DNA from: Nemertoderma westbladi
Lineage: Eukaryota > Animalia > Xenacoelomorpha
Direction: 5' to 3'
DNA length: 64,000 nt
Assembly: GCA_032718475.1 (NCBI GenBank)
Contig: JAUCBJ010000533.1
Coordinates: 62,001 to 126,000 of the forward strand
The translations under genes and the position numbers were made by a program. Every line of letters begins with the position of its first letter. The first letter of the stretch is position 1. Of the stretch, positions 15,001 to 26,917 are shown one piece after another. The notes under the pieces are model-generated. The model worked only from the letters and a program-made list of their open reading frames with translations, had not been told where the DNA came from and ran no database searches.

Positions 15001-18000
15001 AAGCCAATTCTAAATCAGCATCGCCCTAGAGAGAGAACAAAGCCAATTCTAAATCAGCATCGTCCTAGAGAGAGAACAAAGCCAATTCTAAATCAGCATC
15101 GCCCTAGAGAGAGAACAAAGCCAATTCTAAATCAGCATCGTCCTAGAGAGATAACAAAGCCAATTCTAAATCAGCATCGTCCTATAGAGAGAACAAAGCC
15201 AATTCTAAATCAGCATCGCCCTAGAGAGAGAACAAAGCCAATTCTAAATCAGCATCGTCCTAGAGAGAGAACAAAGCCAATTCTAAATCAGCATCGTCCT
15301 AGAGAGAGAACAAAGACAATTCTAAATCAGCATCGTCCTAGAGAGAGAACAAAGCCAATTCTAAATCAGCATCGTCCTAGAGAGAGAACAAAGCCAATTC
15401 TAAATCAGCACCGGTCTAGAGAGAGAACAAAGCCAATTCTAAATCAGCTCCGACCTAGAGAGAGAACAAAGCCAATTCTAAATCAGCACCGGCCTAGAGA
15501 GAGAGAACAAAGCCAATTCTAAATAAGCACCGGCTTAGAGAGAGAACAAAGCCAATTCTAAATCAGCATCGTCCTAGAGAGAGAACAAAGCCAATTCTAA
15601 ATCAGCATCGTCCTAGAGAGAGAACAAAGCCAATTCTAAATCAGCATCGTCCTAGAGAGAGAACAAAGCCAATTCTAAATCAGAATCGTCCTAGAGAGAA
15701 CAAAGCCAATTCTAAATCAGCACCGGTCTAGAGAGAGAGAACAAAGCCAATTCTAAATCAGCATCGTCCCAGAGAGAGAACAAAGCCAATTCTAAATAAG
15801 CACCGGCTTAGAGAGAGAGAACAAAGCCAATTCTAAATAAGCACCGGCTTAGAGAGAGAGAACAAAGCCAATTCTAAATAAGCACCGGCTTAGAGAGAGA
15901 GAACAAAGCCAATTCTAAATCAGCATCGTCCTAGAGAGAGAACAAAGCCAATTCTAAATCAGCATCATCCTAGAGAGAGAACAAAGCCAATTCTAAATCA
16001 GAATCGTCCTAGAGAGAACAAAGCCAATTCTAAATCAGCATCGTCCTAGAGAGAGAACAAAGCCAATTCTAAATCAGCATCGCCCTAGAGAGAACAAAGT
16101 CAATTCTAAATCAGCATCGTCCTAGAGAGAGAACAAAGCCAATTCTAAATCAGCATCGCCCTAGAGAGAGAACAAAGACAATTCTAAATCAGCATCGTCC
16201 TAGAGATAGAACAAAGCCAATTCTAAATCAGCATCGCCCTAGAGAGAGAACAAAGCCAATTCTAAATCAGCATCGTCCTAGAGAGAGAACAAAGACAATT
16301 CTAAATCAGCATCGTCCTAGAGAGAGAACAAAGCCAATTCTAAATCAGCATCGTCCTAGAGAGAGAACAAAGCCAATTCTAAATCAGCATCGTCCTTGAG
16401 AGAGAACAAAGCCAATTCTAAATAAGCATCGGCCTAGAGAGAACAAAGCCAATTCTAAATCAGCATCGCCCTAGAGAGAACAAAGCCAATTCTAAATCAG
16501 CATCGTCCTTGAGAGAGAACAAAGCCAATTCTAAATCAGCATCGTCCTAGAGAGAGAACAAAGCCAATTCTAAATCAACACCGTCCTAGAGAGAGAACAA
16601 AGCCAATTCTAAATCAGCATCGGCCTAGAGAGAGAGAACAAAGCCAATTCCAAATCAGCATCGCCCTAGAGAGAGAACAAAGCCAATTCTAAATCAGCAT
16701 CGTCCTAGAGAGAGAACAAAGACAATTCTAAATCAGCATCGTCCTAGAGAGAGAACAAAGCCAATTCTAAATCAGCATCGTCCTAGAGAGAGAACAAAGC
16801 CAATTCTAAATCAGCATCGGCTTAGAGAGAGAGAACAAAGCCAATTCTAAATCAGCATCGGCCTAGAGAGAGAGAACAAAGCCAATTCTAAATCAGCAAC
16901 GGACTAGAGAGAGAACAAAGCCAATTCTAAATCAGCATCGTCCTAGAGAGAGAGAACAAAGCCAATTCCAAATCAGCATCGTCCTAGAGAGAGAACAAAG
17001 ACAATTCTAAATCAGCATCGTCCTAGAGAGAGAACAAAGCCAATTCTAAATCAGCATCGTCCTAGAGAGAGAACAAAGCCAATTCTAAATCAGCATCGGC
17101 CTAGAGAGAGAGAACAAAGCCAATTCCAAATCAGCATCGCCCTAGAGAGAGAACAAAGCCAATTCTAAATCAGCATCGTCCTAGAGAGAGAACAAAGACA
17201 ATTCTAAATCAGCATCGTCCTAGAGAGAGAACAAAGCCAATTCTAAATCAGCATCGTCCTAGAGAGAGAACAAAGCCAATTCTAAATCAGCATCGGCTTA
17301 GAGAGAGAGAACAAAGCCAATTCTAAATCAGCATCGGCCTAGAGAGAGAGAACAAAGCCAATTCTAAATCAGCATCGGCCTAGAGAGAACAAAGCCAATT
17401 CTAAATCAGCATCGCCCTAGAGAGAACAAAGCCAATTCTAAATCAGCATCGTCCTAGAGAGAGAACGAAGCCAATTCTAAATCAGCATCGTCCTAGAGAG
17501 AGAACGAAGACAATTCTAAATCAGCATCGTCCTAGAGAGAGAACAAAGCCAATTCTAAATCAGCATCGTCCTTGAGAGAGAGAACAAAGCCAATTCTAAA
17601 TCAGCATCGCCCTAGAGAGAACAAAGCCAATTCTAAATCAGCATCGTCCTAGAGAGAGAACAAAGCCAATTCTAAATCAGCACCGTCCTAGAGAGAGAGA
17701 ACAAAGCCAATTCTAATTCAGAATCGTCCTAGAGAGAGAACAAAGCCAATTCTAAATCAGCATCGGCCTAGAGAGAGAACGAAGACAATTCTAAATCAGC
17801 ATCGTATTAGAGAGAGAGAACAAAGCCAATTCTAAATAAGCATCGGCCTAGAGAGAGAACAAAGCCAATTCTAAATCAGCATCGTCCTTGAGAGAGAGAA
17901 CAAAGCCAATTCTAAATCAGCATCGCCCTAGAGAGAACAAAGCCAATTCTAAATCAGCATCGTCCTAGAGAGAGAACAAAGCCAATTCTAAATCAGCACC

Positions 18001-21000
18001 GTCCTAGAGAGAGAGAACAAAGCCAATTCTAATTCAGAATCGTCCTAGAGAGAGAACAAAGCCAATTCTAAATCAGCATCGGCCTAGAGAGAGAACGAAG
18101 ACAATTCTAAATCAGCATCGTATTAGAGAGAGAGAACGAAGACAATTCTAAATCAGCATCGTCCTAGAGAGAGAACGAAGACAATTCTAAATCAGCATCG
18201 TCCTAGAGAGAGAACAAAGCCAATTCTAAATCAGCATCGCCCTAGAGAGAACAAAGCCAATTCTAAATCAGCATCGTCCTAGAGAGAGAACAAAGCCAAT
18301 TCTAAATCAGCACCGTCCTAGAGAGAGAGAACAAAGCCAATTCTAATTCAGAATCGTCCTAGAGAGAGAACAAAGCCAATTCTAAATCAGCATCGGCCTA
18401 GAGAGAGAACGAAGACAATTCTAAATCAGCATCGGTCTAGAGAGAGAACAAAGCCAATTCTAAATCAGAATCGTCCTAGAGAGAGAACAAAGCCAATTCT
18501 AAATCAGCACCGTCCTAGAGAGAGAGAACAAAGCCAATTCTAAATCAGCATCGGCCTAGAGAGAGAACGAAGACAATTCTAAATCAGCATCGTATTAGAG
18601 AGAGAGAACAAAGCCAATTCTAAATCAGCATCGCCCTAGAGAGAACAAAGCCAATTCTAAATCAGCATCGTCCTAGAGAGAGAACAAAGCCAATTCTAAA
18701 TCAGCACCGTCCTAGAGAGAGAGAACAAAGCCAATTCTAAATCAGCATCGGCCTAGAGAGAGAACGAAGACAATTCTAAATCAGCATCGTATTAGAGAGA
18801 GAGAACAAAGCCAATTCTAAATCAGCATCGGCCTAGAGAGAGAGAACAAAGCCAATTCTAAATCAGCATCGTCCTAGAGAGAGAACAAAGCCAATTCTAA
18901 ATCAGCATCGTCCTTGAGAGAGAGAACAAAGCCAATTCTAAATCAGCATCGTATTAGAGAGAGAACAAAGCCAATTCTAAATCAGCATCGTCCTAGAGAG
19001 AGAACGAAGCCAATTCTAAATCAGCATCGTCCTAGAGAGAGAACGAAGACAATTCTAAATCAGCATCGTCCTAGAGAGAGAACAAAGCCAATTCTAAATC
19101 AGCATCGTCCTAGTGAGAGAACAAAGCCAATTCTAAATCAGCATCGGCCTAGAGAGAGAGAACAAAGCCAATTCTAAATCAGCATCGTATTAGAGAGAGA
19201 ACAAAGCCAATTCTAAATCAGCATCGCCCTAGAGAGAGAACAAAGCCAATTCTAAATAAGCATCGTCCTAGAGAGAGAACAAAGCCAATTCTAAATAAGC
19301 AAAGCATCGTATTAGAGAGAGAACAAAGCCAATTCTAAATCAGCATCGGTCTAGAGAGAGAACAAAGCCAATTCTAAATCAGCATCGGTCTAGAGAGAGA
19401 ACAAAGCCAATTCTAAATCAGCATCGCCCTAGAGAGAGAACAAAGCCAATTCTAAATCAGCATCGTCCTAGAGAGAGAACAAAGCCAATTCTAAATTAGC
19501 ATCGTCCTAGAGAGAGAACAAAGCCAATTCTAAATCAGCATCGCCCTAGAGAGAGAACAAAGCCAATTCTAAATCAGCATCGTCCTAGAGAGAGAACAAA
19601 GACAATTCTAAATCAGCATCGTCCTAGAGAGAGAACAAAGCCAATTATAAATCAGCATCGTCCTAGAGAGAGAACAAAGCCAATTCTAAATCAGCATCGG
19701 TCTAGAGAGAGAACAAAGCCAATTCTAAATCAGCATCGTATTAGAGAGAGAACAAAGCCAATTCTAAATCAGCATCGTATTAGAGAGAGAGAACAAAGCC
19801 AATTCTAAATCAGCATCGCCCTAGAGAGAGAACAAAGCCAATTCTAAATCAGCATCGTCCTAGAGAGAGAACAAAGACAATTCTAAATCAGCATCGTCCT
19901 AGAGAGAGAACAAAGCCAATTATAAATCAGCATCGTCCTAGAGAGAGAACAAAGCCAATTCTAAATCAGCATCGGTCTAGAGAGAGAACAAAGCAAATTC
20001 TAAATCAGCATCGCCCTAGAGAGAGAACAAAGCCAATTCTAAATCAGCATCGTCCTAGAGAGAGAACAAAGCCAATTCTAAATCAGCATCGTCCTAGAGA
20101 GATAACAAAGCCAATTCTAAATCAGCATCGTCCTAGAGAGAGAACAAAGCCAATTCTAAATCAGCATCGTCGTAGAGAGAGAGAACAAAGCCAATTCTAA
20201 ATCAGCATCGGCCTAGAGAGAGAGAACAAAGCCAATTCTAAATCAGCATCGGCCTAGAGAGAAAACAAAGCCAATTCTAAATCAGCATCGTCCTAGAGAG
20301 AGAACAAAGCCAATTCTAAATCAGCACCGTCCTAGAGAGAGAACAAAGCCAATTCTAAATCAGCATCGCCTAGAGAGAGAACAAAGCCAATTCTAAATCA
20401 GCATCGGTCTAGAGAGAGAACAAAGCCAATTCTAAATCAGCATCGCCCTAGAGAGAGAGAACAAAGCCAATTCTAAATCAGCATCGTCCTAGAGAGAGAA
20501 CAAAGCCAATTCTAAATCAACACCGTCCTAGAGAGAGAGAACAAAGCCAATTCTAAATCAGCATCGTCCTAGAGAGAGAACAAAGCCAATTCTAAATCAG
20601 CATCGTTCTAGAGAGAGAGAACAAAGCCAATTCTAAATCAGCATCGTCCTAGAGAGAGAACAAAGCCAATTCTAAATCAACACCGTCCTAGAGAGAGAGA
20701 ACAAAGCCAATTCTAAATCAGCATCGTCGTAGAGAGAGAGAACAAAGCCAATTCTAAATCAGCATCGGCCTAGAGAGAGAGAACAAAGCCAATTCTAAAT
20801 CAGCATCGTCCTAGAGAGAGAACAAAGCCAATTCTAAATCAACACCGTCCTAGAGAGAGAGAACAAAGCCAATTCTAAATCAGCATCGTCCTAGAGAGAG
20901 AACAAAGCCAATTCTAAATCAGCATCGGTCTAGAGAGAGAACAAAGCCAATTCTAAATCAGCATCGCCCTAGAGAGAGAACAAAGCCAATTCTAAATCAG

Positions 21001-21833
21001 CATCGGCCTAGAGAGAGAGAACAAAGCCAATTCTAAATCAGCATCGTCCTAGAGAGAGAGAACAAAGCCAATTCTAAATCAGAATCGTCTTAGAGAGAGA
21101 ACAAAGCCAATTCTAAATCAGCATCGTTCTAGAGAGAGAACAAAGCCAATTCTAAATCAGCATCGGCCTAGAGAGAGAGAACAAAGCCAATTCTAAATCA
21201 GCATCGTCCTAGAGAGAGAACAAAGCCAATTCTAAATCAGCATCGGCTTGGAGAGAGAACAAAGCCAATTCTAAATCAGCATCGTCCTAGAGAGAGAGAA
21301 CAAAGCCAATTCTAAATCAGAATCGTCTTAGAGAGAGAACAAAGCCAATTCTAAATCAGCATCGTCCTAGAGAGAGAGAGAACAAAGTCAATTCTAAATC
21401 AGCATCGTCCTAGAGAGAACAAAGCCAATTCTAAATCAGCATCGTCCTAGAGAGAGAACAAAGCCAATTCTAAATCAGCATCGTATTAGAGAGAGAGAAC
21501 AAAGCCAATTCTAAATCAGCATCGTCCTAGAGAGAGAACAAAGCCAATTCTAAATCAGCATCGTCCTAGAGAGAGAGAACAAAGCCAATTCTAAATCAGC
21601 ATCGTCCTAGAGAGAGAACAAAGCCAATTCTAAATCAGCATCGTATTAGAGAGAGAGAACAAAGCCAATTCTAAATCAGCATCGTCCTAGAGAGAGAACA
21701 AAGCCAATTCTAAATCAGCATCGTCCCAGAGAGAGAACAAAGCCAATTCTAAATCAGCATCGTCCTAGAGAGAGAACAAAGCCAATTCTAAATCAGCATC
21801 GTCCTAGAGAGAGAGAACAAAGCCAATTATAAA
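1..21833. repeat. 39-bp tandem satellite, roughly 550 units, running off the window start
   Basis: Consensus AGAGAGAGAACAAAGCCAATTCTAAATCAGCATCGTCCT. Unit length varies in 2-bp steps (37/39/41/43) through the (AG)n tract. The array ends at ...AGCCAATTATAAA. Confidence 0.99.
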
Positions 21834-22229
21834 CTGTAGACGTCTGGGACAGTAACCCCCTGGTTACCCCGGGGGACAGTAGCCCCCCGGTGAGTATCCC
21901 CCGGACAGTACACCCCCCCCCCCCCCCCCCCCCCCCACCCCGAATGATTATATATTACTAAACAGTTAATTTAATTAATAATTTTTGATATCACTGAAAT
22001 TCTACAATTTTGAATACGGTAGTAAAATTGCGTTGACAGAAGGCTAAAAAATGTTTCTATTTATTATTTCTATCGAATTAGTTTTTTGTAATAGATATTA
22101 TTTTGTTTGAGCTATATTTCTGCTATTCTCTACTGTATTGTTAGTTTTAATAGTTTAAAACATTGTCAACAATTATTCTAATGTTTTTTTTCTATTTCAT
22201 CTAGAGCAGATTTGTTATCAAGATTCCAA

Positions 22230-22890
22230 ATTTGAAAACCGTTTAGCAATATCTCTCTTACTTCTCGAAATATGGCTGTCTCGCTGTCTGTATATTTGAC
22301 TGTCGGTATGTCCGTCAGTATGTCTGTCCGTCAATAGAAACACTTCTAGCTATCTAAAAATTCCCTATATGGGTTTTCTGGCCCGTGACTTCAAGTTATA
22401 TTCAGTCAGTCAGTCAGTATTCAAATTTGGCCTCGTCGTTTTGTCTGTATGCCTGTCAGTTTGTTCGTCAAAATATAACCGACAGACTGACAAACAGACA
22501 ATTTGGAAGTCATCAAATATTAAAATTGACACTCGAAATGAATTTTGTGACGATGAAAACCCTTGTAACTAAACTTTTAGCTAGATTGTGTGATCTATTC
22601 TTATATTTAACGAACAGATTGTCGGATAGTCAGATAGATCGACAGACAGACATACAGACTAACTAGATTTCAATAAAAGTGAAATCTAACCTCAGAAATG
22701 AAATCAGCGACCAAGAAAAATCTTAGCATGGTTTTGTGCATTCCTGTTGATAGATATATATTGACAGATTTTCTCACATTAACAGACACTTTTTGCGCGG
22801 GAAGGTTCAAATTTTAAGGGCAATATTATCTGAGAATGACATTTTTCATTTTTAAAACACTGCTCCTCCGCTATTCTTCAACCAAATATC
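22230..22890 (+). repeat. dispersed repeat (non-autonomous TE relic), copy 1
   Basis: Diverged reverse-complement match to 47120-48310, e.g. ATTTGGAAGTCATCAAAT vs ATTTGATGACTTCCAAAT and GAAGGTTCAAATTTTAA vs TTAAAATTTGAACCTTC. Contains GACA/CTGT microsatellite-like tracts. Confidence 0.8.
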
Positions 22891-23660
22891 ATTTTAGGCT
22901 CATTCGAAAGGGTTTGGTTCGGCAGTTCTTTAACATTTATCTTATAGAATTTGGAAAATAATCTTTGTATTTGATGTCATAGCTTATTTTTGTTGTGATT
23001 TGTGATTTTAATCAAAATAATTATAATTAATTATATAATTAAATTAAAATAAGCGAATTAAAAATTATATGAGATAAATTTTGTAGAGTCGATCCTGCAG
23101 AATCCAAAATTTCAAGAAATTTGGACTAAGATTGAGGGACTCGTAGTGTTTTTAGTTAAAATTCTTAATTCCTCTGCCAACCGCTAGGGGGAGGCCAAAA
23201 AATTTCAAATTTACGTTTGGAGACTATTTGGCATTCCAGAATAATGGCGACGATAAAATTCTTATTTTATCCCCCCCCCCCCCCCTAAACGTCGCATAAA
23301 TAATTTATAGATAGGTTATAATTAATTTATATTTAATAATTAATAATTATACTTATAAATAATAATAATTAATTTATAGATAGGTTTAGAATTGGCTAAA
23401 TTGGCTAGAATTGGCTAAATCTAAACCTATTTCTCCAAAATATTTTTGGCGATGAGAAAATATTACCTTACATTGCATTTGGAATTAAATAAATGGACAA
23501 TTTCTAAGTTTATAAAATAACTTTGATGATTATTTTTAAATTAAGTCACAATTTGGTTTTAAGCCTACTAGAGTGTAGGGAGTGATACAAAATAATAATA
23601 ATAATAATAACAAATAATAAAGTAATAAAGTCATTAATATACCCGATAAACAAACCATAC

Positions 23661-23874
23661 CTGTGTTTTACAAAGCGATTTAATGGCTTCCAATAACTGA
23701 CATGCATCCTGACGAGAGAGTTCAACCCGAACCAGGTCGGATGCTGAGGGAACGCAGGGTTGCAGCGCAGACTGAAGGAGGAGGGTCGACTGGACGTCAC
23801 GAACGCAAGATATACAAACACCGTCGGATAGGATGAGTTTATTTACATTGGGAAGGTAGACGCAATGTTTAATC
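23661..23874 (-). CDS. BIRC6: BIRC6/Bruce/Apollon coding exon 2
   Basis: ctgtacag|G acceptor and CAG|gtatgg donor, 214 nt, open: IKHCVYLPNVNKLILSDGVCISCVRDVQSTLLLQSALQPCVPSASDLVRVELSRQDACQLLEAIKSLCKTQ. This resembles the BIRC6 N-terminus as recalled (CQYISAVDKVIFVDD..GCRKDLNGILLLDTALQ....DDVVQLEL...EAQQLL). Phase matches exon 1. Confidence 0.8.
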
Positions 23875-23963
23875 CTGTACAGATAGTTAAATAATTAATA
23901 CAAATTATAATGTGTAACCAACCATATAGCCTGCCTAAAATAAATAATACTTTATGCAGATAT

Positions 23964-24205
23964 GGGGGGGGGGGGGGGGGGGGGTTGACGCAATCAAATC
24001 AGTTCATGCTTTCAAGGGGAAAATCCACGCAAATAACAGCTTATTAAGACTATTGCGTGCGTAACCTGTTATATTGACTTTCTTTTAATGATTGAGTTAG
24101 ATTAGAATAACATGCAGACACGCCACTGTAACCTGCTCTTTTCCAGCTTTCCCTTAATTGATAATTCATATTATTAATTAGACGATATGGGATTTGCTTG
24201 ATTCC
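23964..24205 (+). repeat. dispersed repeat in BIRC6 intron 1, second copy at 57574-57800
   Basis: Poly-G followed by shared blocks GACGCAAT, AGGGGAAA, ACGCAAATAACAGCT, GCCACTGTAAC and ATGGGATTTGC in the same order at both loci. Confidence 0.65.
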
Positions 24206-24394
24206 ACCACCTTCTCTTAAGCTTTTATACTGTTAAAGTTGACAAATAGAACTTGAAAAAGTTCTAAAAATATTACAGGTCATCACAATTGGACCTCCCT
24301 TCCGCCCCGTTCCATTCATTCAACTATCAGACTATACCGGTACTACAACTACAATAACTGATAAAGTCTCCGTCGATATAAGAGGTTAACTTAC

Positions 24395-24570
24395 CTATCT
24401 TTGGAAACCCCCACGGATTTTAACTCAACAAAACTCCCAAGATCAAATACTTTCATACATCCGGAATCTTTGTCGACAACGAATAGAGCATTGAGTTGAG
24501 AATGACAAACCACCTTATAAATATGATCCCGATCCATAGTGATTTCGTTCAGTTCGATATCGTCAACCAT
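24395..24570 (-). CDS. BIRC6: BIRC6/Bruce/Apollon coding exon 1
   Basis: ATG at 24570, 58 codons plus AG|gtaagt donor: MVDDIELNEITMDRDHIYKVVCHSQLNALFVVDKDSGCMKVFDLGSFVELKSVGVSKD. This resembles the BIRC6 segment HPALNAILAV....IKVID. The phase-2 join AG|G keeps the frame into exon 2. Confidence 0.75.
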
Positions 24571-25881
24571 TCACAAATCATAAAAGAACGCCTCGATTAT
24601 TGAAGTTGAAGGGATTGCCGGTACCAGACCAGGTACTGCTGCAACTCGCTGAAGTTCTGAAGTTAGTCAGTTAGGTTACGGTCAGAGTCAGACAGATGAG
24701 GATGGAGGAGTGTTCAAATCTAGGGATGAGAAGTCTGGACGCGTTACACCGTTACAGCCTTCGTTAGGCAGTTAGGCCTACAGCTTTAAGCTGTTAACAG
24801 GCTGACAGGTTACTGGGTTAAGGTAGATCAGTAGATATATGCCTTACTGCCTTACTACAGTACAGCAGTACTACCCGTAGCCGTAGGCTAGGCAGCCAGC
24901 TGGTCAGGCTGTTCAGCTGTTAGGCATTAGGAAGTAGGTGGGGTAGGGGTACCCACTGACCCAAGTCCGGCATCCGGTCTGCCGGTAGTTGTGGTGGAGA
25001 GCAGGCGGTGATGTCAACAATGCAAACAGGCAGTCAGGCAATATGGAAGAGCGAAACGGGAACCAGTACAGCAGTAATAAAATAGGGATGGCATAGGGCA
25101 GAGGGGCCTACCATGGCCTACTATAGTAGGCCATGCTGCCATGGGCCTACGAAAAAACCCAGACAGAGATCGGCTGATTGAAATTGGTGAAAATATATTA
25201 AATTTCCCAAGGATAATACACCAAGAGAAGTAAAGTAAAATGTGCTCCATAATCGAAATTACGTTAAAACATTAAACATTAAACAATGATATAAAAACAA
25301 AACACTTATGGTATTATACTTAATTACAGTGTGTATATAGTATAATGATCAAACTTGGGCCACTTAAGGCCCCTGACAGCCTGAAGAAAATTGCCCTCCA
25401 CCGATACTGCACGTACCATATTAATATAACATAATGACATACAGTATAACTACAATACAAAATTTAATATTTTAGTTAAACTGCATAAACCAACTGAGAA
25501 TTAAATATCTGCTGCTTACAATGCAACGGCACGTAGTTTAAACGCACTAAAATATGCCTGGCAATATCCAAAATTATATTTGGAGCTCTTTGTACCCACC
25601 CATTAGCTCAATATATGTAAAAATACTCGGTTAAACCGTATGCAAAAAGCCAATTGCGGTGACGTTTCAGCCTTCTCATAGGGTTAATGTTAAATTAATA
25701 TTGAAAAATTAGTGCCTAGAAGTAAAAATTTTACTGTTAACTGTGTTCCTATATATAGTTTATTGTTTTGGTTAGAAAAGCCTGCTATTAATACCTGCAA
25801 CTTTCCTTTAAAAGGTACCTTAAATGGTGAATATCGAATTGAAATATTCGCGAAATTAAGTTAATATGTTAAAATACGCTG

Positions 25882-26475
25882 TGTTCGCGGTATTTCAACT
25901 TTCCATAACGCGAGTTGAATATTTTTGTATTTATTTAAAATTGATTATTCCGATATTACTACTGGGTGCGGGACCATGGGTTTTGGGCACATTCAATAAA
26001 CTGGGGGCGATTTATGGGCGAACTTTGGGGCAACTTACAGGGTACGGGAATAATTTCATAGTTATAAGGGCCAGGGGGGGATGGAAAATGCAAGCAGTAT
26101 TCAGGTTAGCCTGAGTACTATTAGGCCCTGGCCAACTTCCTGCTGCCTGTAGGGGTGGATTTGGTAATGCGCCAGGCCTAAAGGACAAGGACTGCCCTTA
26201 GCGGTCCCTGGCCAACAGCAGCCATTACGAGACTGAAAAGAACTCGGACCGCTGACTGCTTGTGTCAGGGATTTGCGACGGGAAACGACGGCCCCTTAGT
26301 AGCCAAGCCATTCTGGTTCTCGATGATCGAACCCTTCGGGGTTCGTGAGGGGTGGAGCGGACACGCGAACGGGTGGCCAACTAACGACTGCCCCCTGAGC
26401 TAAGCCGTACTGGTCTGTTAAGTCACGTCTCCAGCATCGGCGTTTTTCCCCCCTGGTGTAGGGATAACGGCAACA
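25882..26475 (+). repeat. 5' LTR (594 bp, internally deleted)
   Basis: Matches 37710-38242 joined to 39250-39310, with only two substitutions seen. Confidence 0.95.
26063..26067 (+). promoter_or_regulatory. candidate LTR TATA box
   Basis: TATAAGGG about 180 bp into the LTR, also present in the 3' LTR near 37891. Position is typical of a U3 promoter, but this is a motif match only. Confidence 0.4.
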
Positions 26476-26725
26476 AAATTAAGAATAATTAATACGGTTA
26501 ATTTTGACAGGGTGTCAAAATTAAGAATAATTACGGTCAACTTCAACTGGTGGAAGTTGAGAATCCTTCAATACTCTTCAAAACTCTCTACGTGCTTGCC
26601 AGCACCCACTACGAGGAAACTCTGGTATTTGAGTTGAGACGAAGTCGTGGTTTAATTAATCAACAAACTCGATCTAACCAACTCGTAGTCGGCAGATCAC
26701 ATATTGGGAGAGTTGTTAACAGGGA

Positions 26726-26917
26726 ATGGAAGTATCGATCACACCCATTGATATAATTCAAGTTGAGCCAGGAATCTGGCACGTCGAAGTTGAAGTACAA
26801 GGAACGAACATCGGACGATTCAGGATTACCGTTCGGGTGGTCCAAGCTGAGTACAATACCTACGAGGAACTGTTTTATGACATCGCGTATCTAGCTATCG
26901 ACGAGGCGTTACAATGA
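26726..26917 (+). CDS. 63-aa upstream ORF overlapping the gag start (ATGA)
   Basis: ATG-initiated with protein-like composition. Its TGA overlaps the gag ATG at 26914. No family recognised. Confidence 0.35.
   Translation: MEVSITPIDIIQVEPGIWHVEVEVQGTNIGRFRITVRVVQAEYNTYEELFYDIAYLAIDEALQ

Noticed and set aside
1-21833. CRISPR array or coding repeat (ORF 18914-19177)
   Set aside because: There are no unique spacers and the context is eukaryotic. The ORF is just the 39-bp unit read in a stop-free frame, broken by 2-bp indels.
21842-21940. GGACAGTA-CCCC repeats and poly-C at the satellite edge as a transposon end
   Set aside because: No matching opposite terminus or TSD was found in the window.
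23708-23735. hammerhead-like CTGACGA on the plus strand
   Set aside because: There is no GAAA partner, and the sequence is explained by the BIRC6 exon on the minus strand.
23546-23821. 91-aa ORF from the track
   Set aside because: It is the wrong frame. The spliced alternative frame gives the BIRC6-like peptide.
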